A stretch of DNA of 63,993 nucleotides, filler included, from Neolecta irregularis DAH-3 (taxonomy: Eukaryota): assembly GCA_001929475.1 (NCBI GenBank). It is 7 parts of 7 records of this genome, joined end to end, with 100 filler letters (N's around TTAATTAATTAA, not from the genome) between each part and the next. Parts side by side here need not be neighbours in the genome. Positions count along the whole stretch, not along the records: positions 61,784 to 62,853 come from LXFE01003247.1; positions 62,954 to 63,993 come from LXFE01003317.1; 5 more parts are not named here. One strand, given 5' to 3'. Both the position numbers and the translations under genes were made by a program. Shown here piece by piece: positions 61,784-63,993 of this stretch (position 1 is its first letter; every line of letters begins with the position of its first letter). The notes under the pieces were generated by a model. That model worked only from the letters and a program-made list of their open reading frames with translations, was not told the DNA's origin and did not search any database.

Positions 61784-62853
61784 CCAACACATACCAGTAT
61801 GAGAGAAATGGCCACAAGAATGTTGGTTATGAATGGAGACCATAATCCATTTGGACAAAAATGGATTTCCAAGTTTATTCAATGAAATCCCCAAATATCT
61901 TCTTGTATTGGTAGGTCTATTGAAGCTTCTCGAATCCAAAATACCCAGCCAGAGATAATTAAACAGTTTTTCAATAGATTTGACAAGTTCAACATTACTA
62001 TCATATTCATCAACAGAATATATGGAATATGGATGAAACTGGTATTGCACTTGGTGTTTGTACAAATACCCAAGTACTCGCAAGTTCATCTAAGAGACGT
62101 ACCTATGTCAAATCTCCTCAAAATCTGGAGTGGGTATCTATTGTTGAAACAGTTTCATCCACTGGAAAATTTACTTGACCATTAATTATTTTCAAAGGAA
62201 AGGACCTTCAATCATCCTGGTTTCAAGTCTAAGAAGTACCAGACTGGGTCTATACTACTTCAGAGAATGGCTGGGCTTCAAATCGAGTAGCAATTAACTG
62301 GCTTAAAGAAATATTCCTACCTGAAACCAAGACACCTAATGGAGAGACACAATTGCTACTTATGGATGGATATGGCAGCCATACCAACATTGATTTCACA
62401 TGGATTTGCAAGCAGAATCGTGTTTATGTTCTCTTTTNNNNNNNNNNTGCCCCATTCATCATCTCATGTCTTACAACCTTTGGATTTGTCCTGTTTTTCA
62501 CCTTTGAAGGCGGGATATAGAACAGAAATCACTGAACTTGCTTATATTGATGATGCAGCTCCAGTTAAGAAAAATTGGTTTATTCAATATTACCATGATG
62601 CAAGACAGCAATCTCTTACTGAATGGGTTATTAGAGGTGGCTGGAAAGCTACTGGTTTATTTCCATGGAACCTGGCTAAAGTCATTGGATCCTCCCAAGT
62701 CAAAAATCAACCAAATGTTCCACCAACCACCCCACCAGCTCAGCGATTCCGCAATTCAGATGATATCAACCTTTTTCATACTCCTACAACATCTCAACAA
62801 GTATATTTTGCTACAGAAAGCTTAAATTTGCAGCAAAAATTAACAAGGGAAAA
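61784..62853 (+). pseudogene. pogo/Fot1 DDE transposase pseudogene
   Basis: WNMDETGI, EWVSIVE, PLIIFKG, SENGW, LLLMDGYGSH, HSSSHVLQPLDL; in-frame stops. Confidence 0.9.
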
Positions 62854-62953
62854 NNNNNNNNNNNNNNNNNNNNNNNNNNNNNNNNNNNNNNNNNNNNTTA
62901 ATTAATTAANNNNNNNNNNNNNNNNNNNNNNNNNNNNNNNNNNNNNNNNNNNN

Positions 62954-63993
62954 TATAAGTAGATAGGCTGACACCGCCAGTACCCTTGTCTTCACACAAG
63001 AGTACTGACGAGTCAGCCCCGATAGGATACACGGTATCTTACAGTTCACCTAGAGTCTGATATAGGAGTTCTAGCCCACCAGGCATCCAAAGAGCTCCCA
63101 CAGTAACCTGATCGGGTTCGTGTAACCTTCAGTGGATCTTAGCTGTTTACACTTTTTTCAACAATTCAATAAGCTATCTCACTACATGCGACCAGTTACT
63201 ACAAGCATTACCAAGAACCAAGACAAGAACCCAAACCAAGAACAAGACATGAACAAGGACCAGTTTATGACACCAACTTACAAGATCGATCTCCCAAACA
63301 AATATAATGGGGACCGGACTCCAGCAACTATCCAGGCCTGGTTAGGATCGATTACATCATATATGAAACTTACTGGTATCCCTGACATGATCAAAACTGA
63401 AGTTGCAGCTACCTATCTTGAAGGTAATGCAGCTCAGTGGTATGAAAGTATCAGGGATTATGGACTTTCATATGATGAGTTTAAAACAGAATTACAAAGT
63501 AATTTNNNNNNNNNNCTGGTCTTCACACAAGAGTACTGACGAGTCAGCCCCGATAAGATACATGGTATCTTACAGTTCACCTAGAGTCTGATATAGGAGT
63601 TCTAGCCCACCAGGCATCCAAAGAGCTCCNNNNNNNNNNGTCCCTGACATGATCAAAACTGAAGTTGTAGCTACCTATCTTGAAGGTAATGCAGCTCAGT
63701 AGTATGAAAGTATCAGGGATTATGGACTTTCATATGATGAGTTTAAAACAGAATTACAAAGTAATTTTCTACTGTTGTCAATGAAATACCTCTTGGGTGT
63801 TTCACCGAACTAGGTTATGTGAAGTTAACCAAACTTACTGAACCTGGTATACTTTTGCAGGACTCAATCCCTGACACAACCTATAAGGGCACTCAGATAA
63901 CTTAACAGCAATCAGACTCAAAAGATACTACTATAGAACCTCTCAGAACCCAATCACTAACTTGGAACAAACCCCAGTAAGGGTTTATAAGTA
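62954..63993 (+). mobile_element. Ty3/gypsy leader and gag fragments, partly duplicated
   Basis: PNKYNGDR...AATYLEGNAAQWY gag motif; 62988-63100 repeated at 63518-63629 and 63380-63505 repeated at 63640-63767; leader shared with 41920-41973. Confidence 0.8.

Noticed and set aside
63000-63050. CTGACGAG / CTGATGAG motifs resembling a hammerhead ribozyme core (also 41948-42000 minus and 63536)
   Set aside because: No correctly placed GAAA, and stem I cannot be formed.

Overview
Eukaryotic (fungal, ascomycete) draft-genome window built from seven contigs joined by artificial N-TTAATTAATTAA-N linkers. It is gene-dense, with very short introns (about 31-48 nt). The compact architecture and a HomolD-type box at RPL23 suggest a Taphrinomycotina-like fungus; this is inference only. 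Recognisable genes: formate dehydrogenase, Tda3-like FAD oxidoreductase (frameshifted), formin, arrestin-like protein, homoaconitase, aminodeoxychorismate synthase, EBS/EPR-1-like BAH-PHD protein, SNRNP27, COX4, Utr2/Crh2, IPK1, Y14, UPF0390 protein, GH63/MGH1-like glycosidase, RPL23, Rpd3 HDAC, CDC48, glycogen phosphorylase, PIF1, two F-box proteins and a DPBB/expansin-like protein. Interspersed are pogo/Fot1 and Ty3/gypsy relics, solo LTRs and MITEs. Most notable observations: (1) kb-scale GC/CpG-rich islands containing minisatellites, in which G-versus-C strand skew flips independently of gene orientation; (2) three dispersed, intronless, TE-adjacent small secreted proteins sharing a C-terminal two-cysteine motif; (3) several GC-AG introns and many stop-free 3n introns; (4) CpG-specific decay of transposons; (5) a BAH-PHD reader of the Polycomb H3K27me type; (6) repeat families that begin with conserved hairpins.
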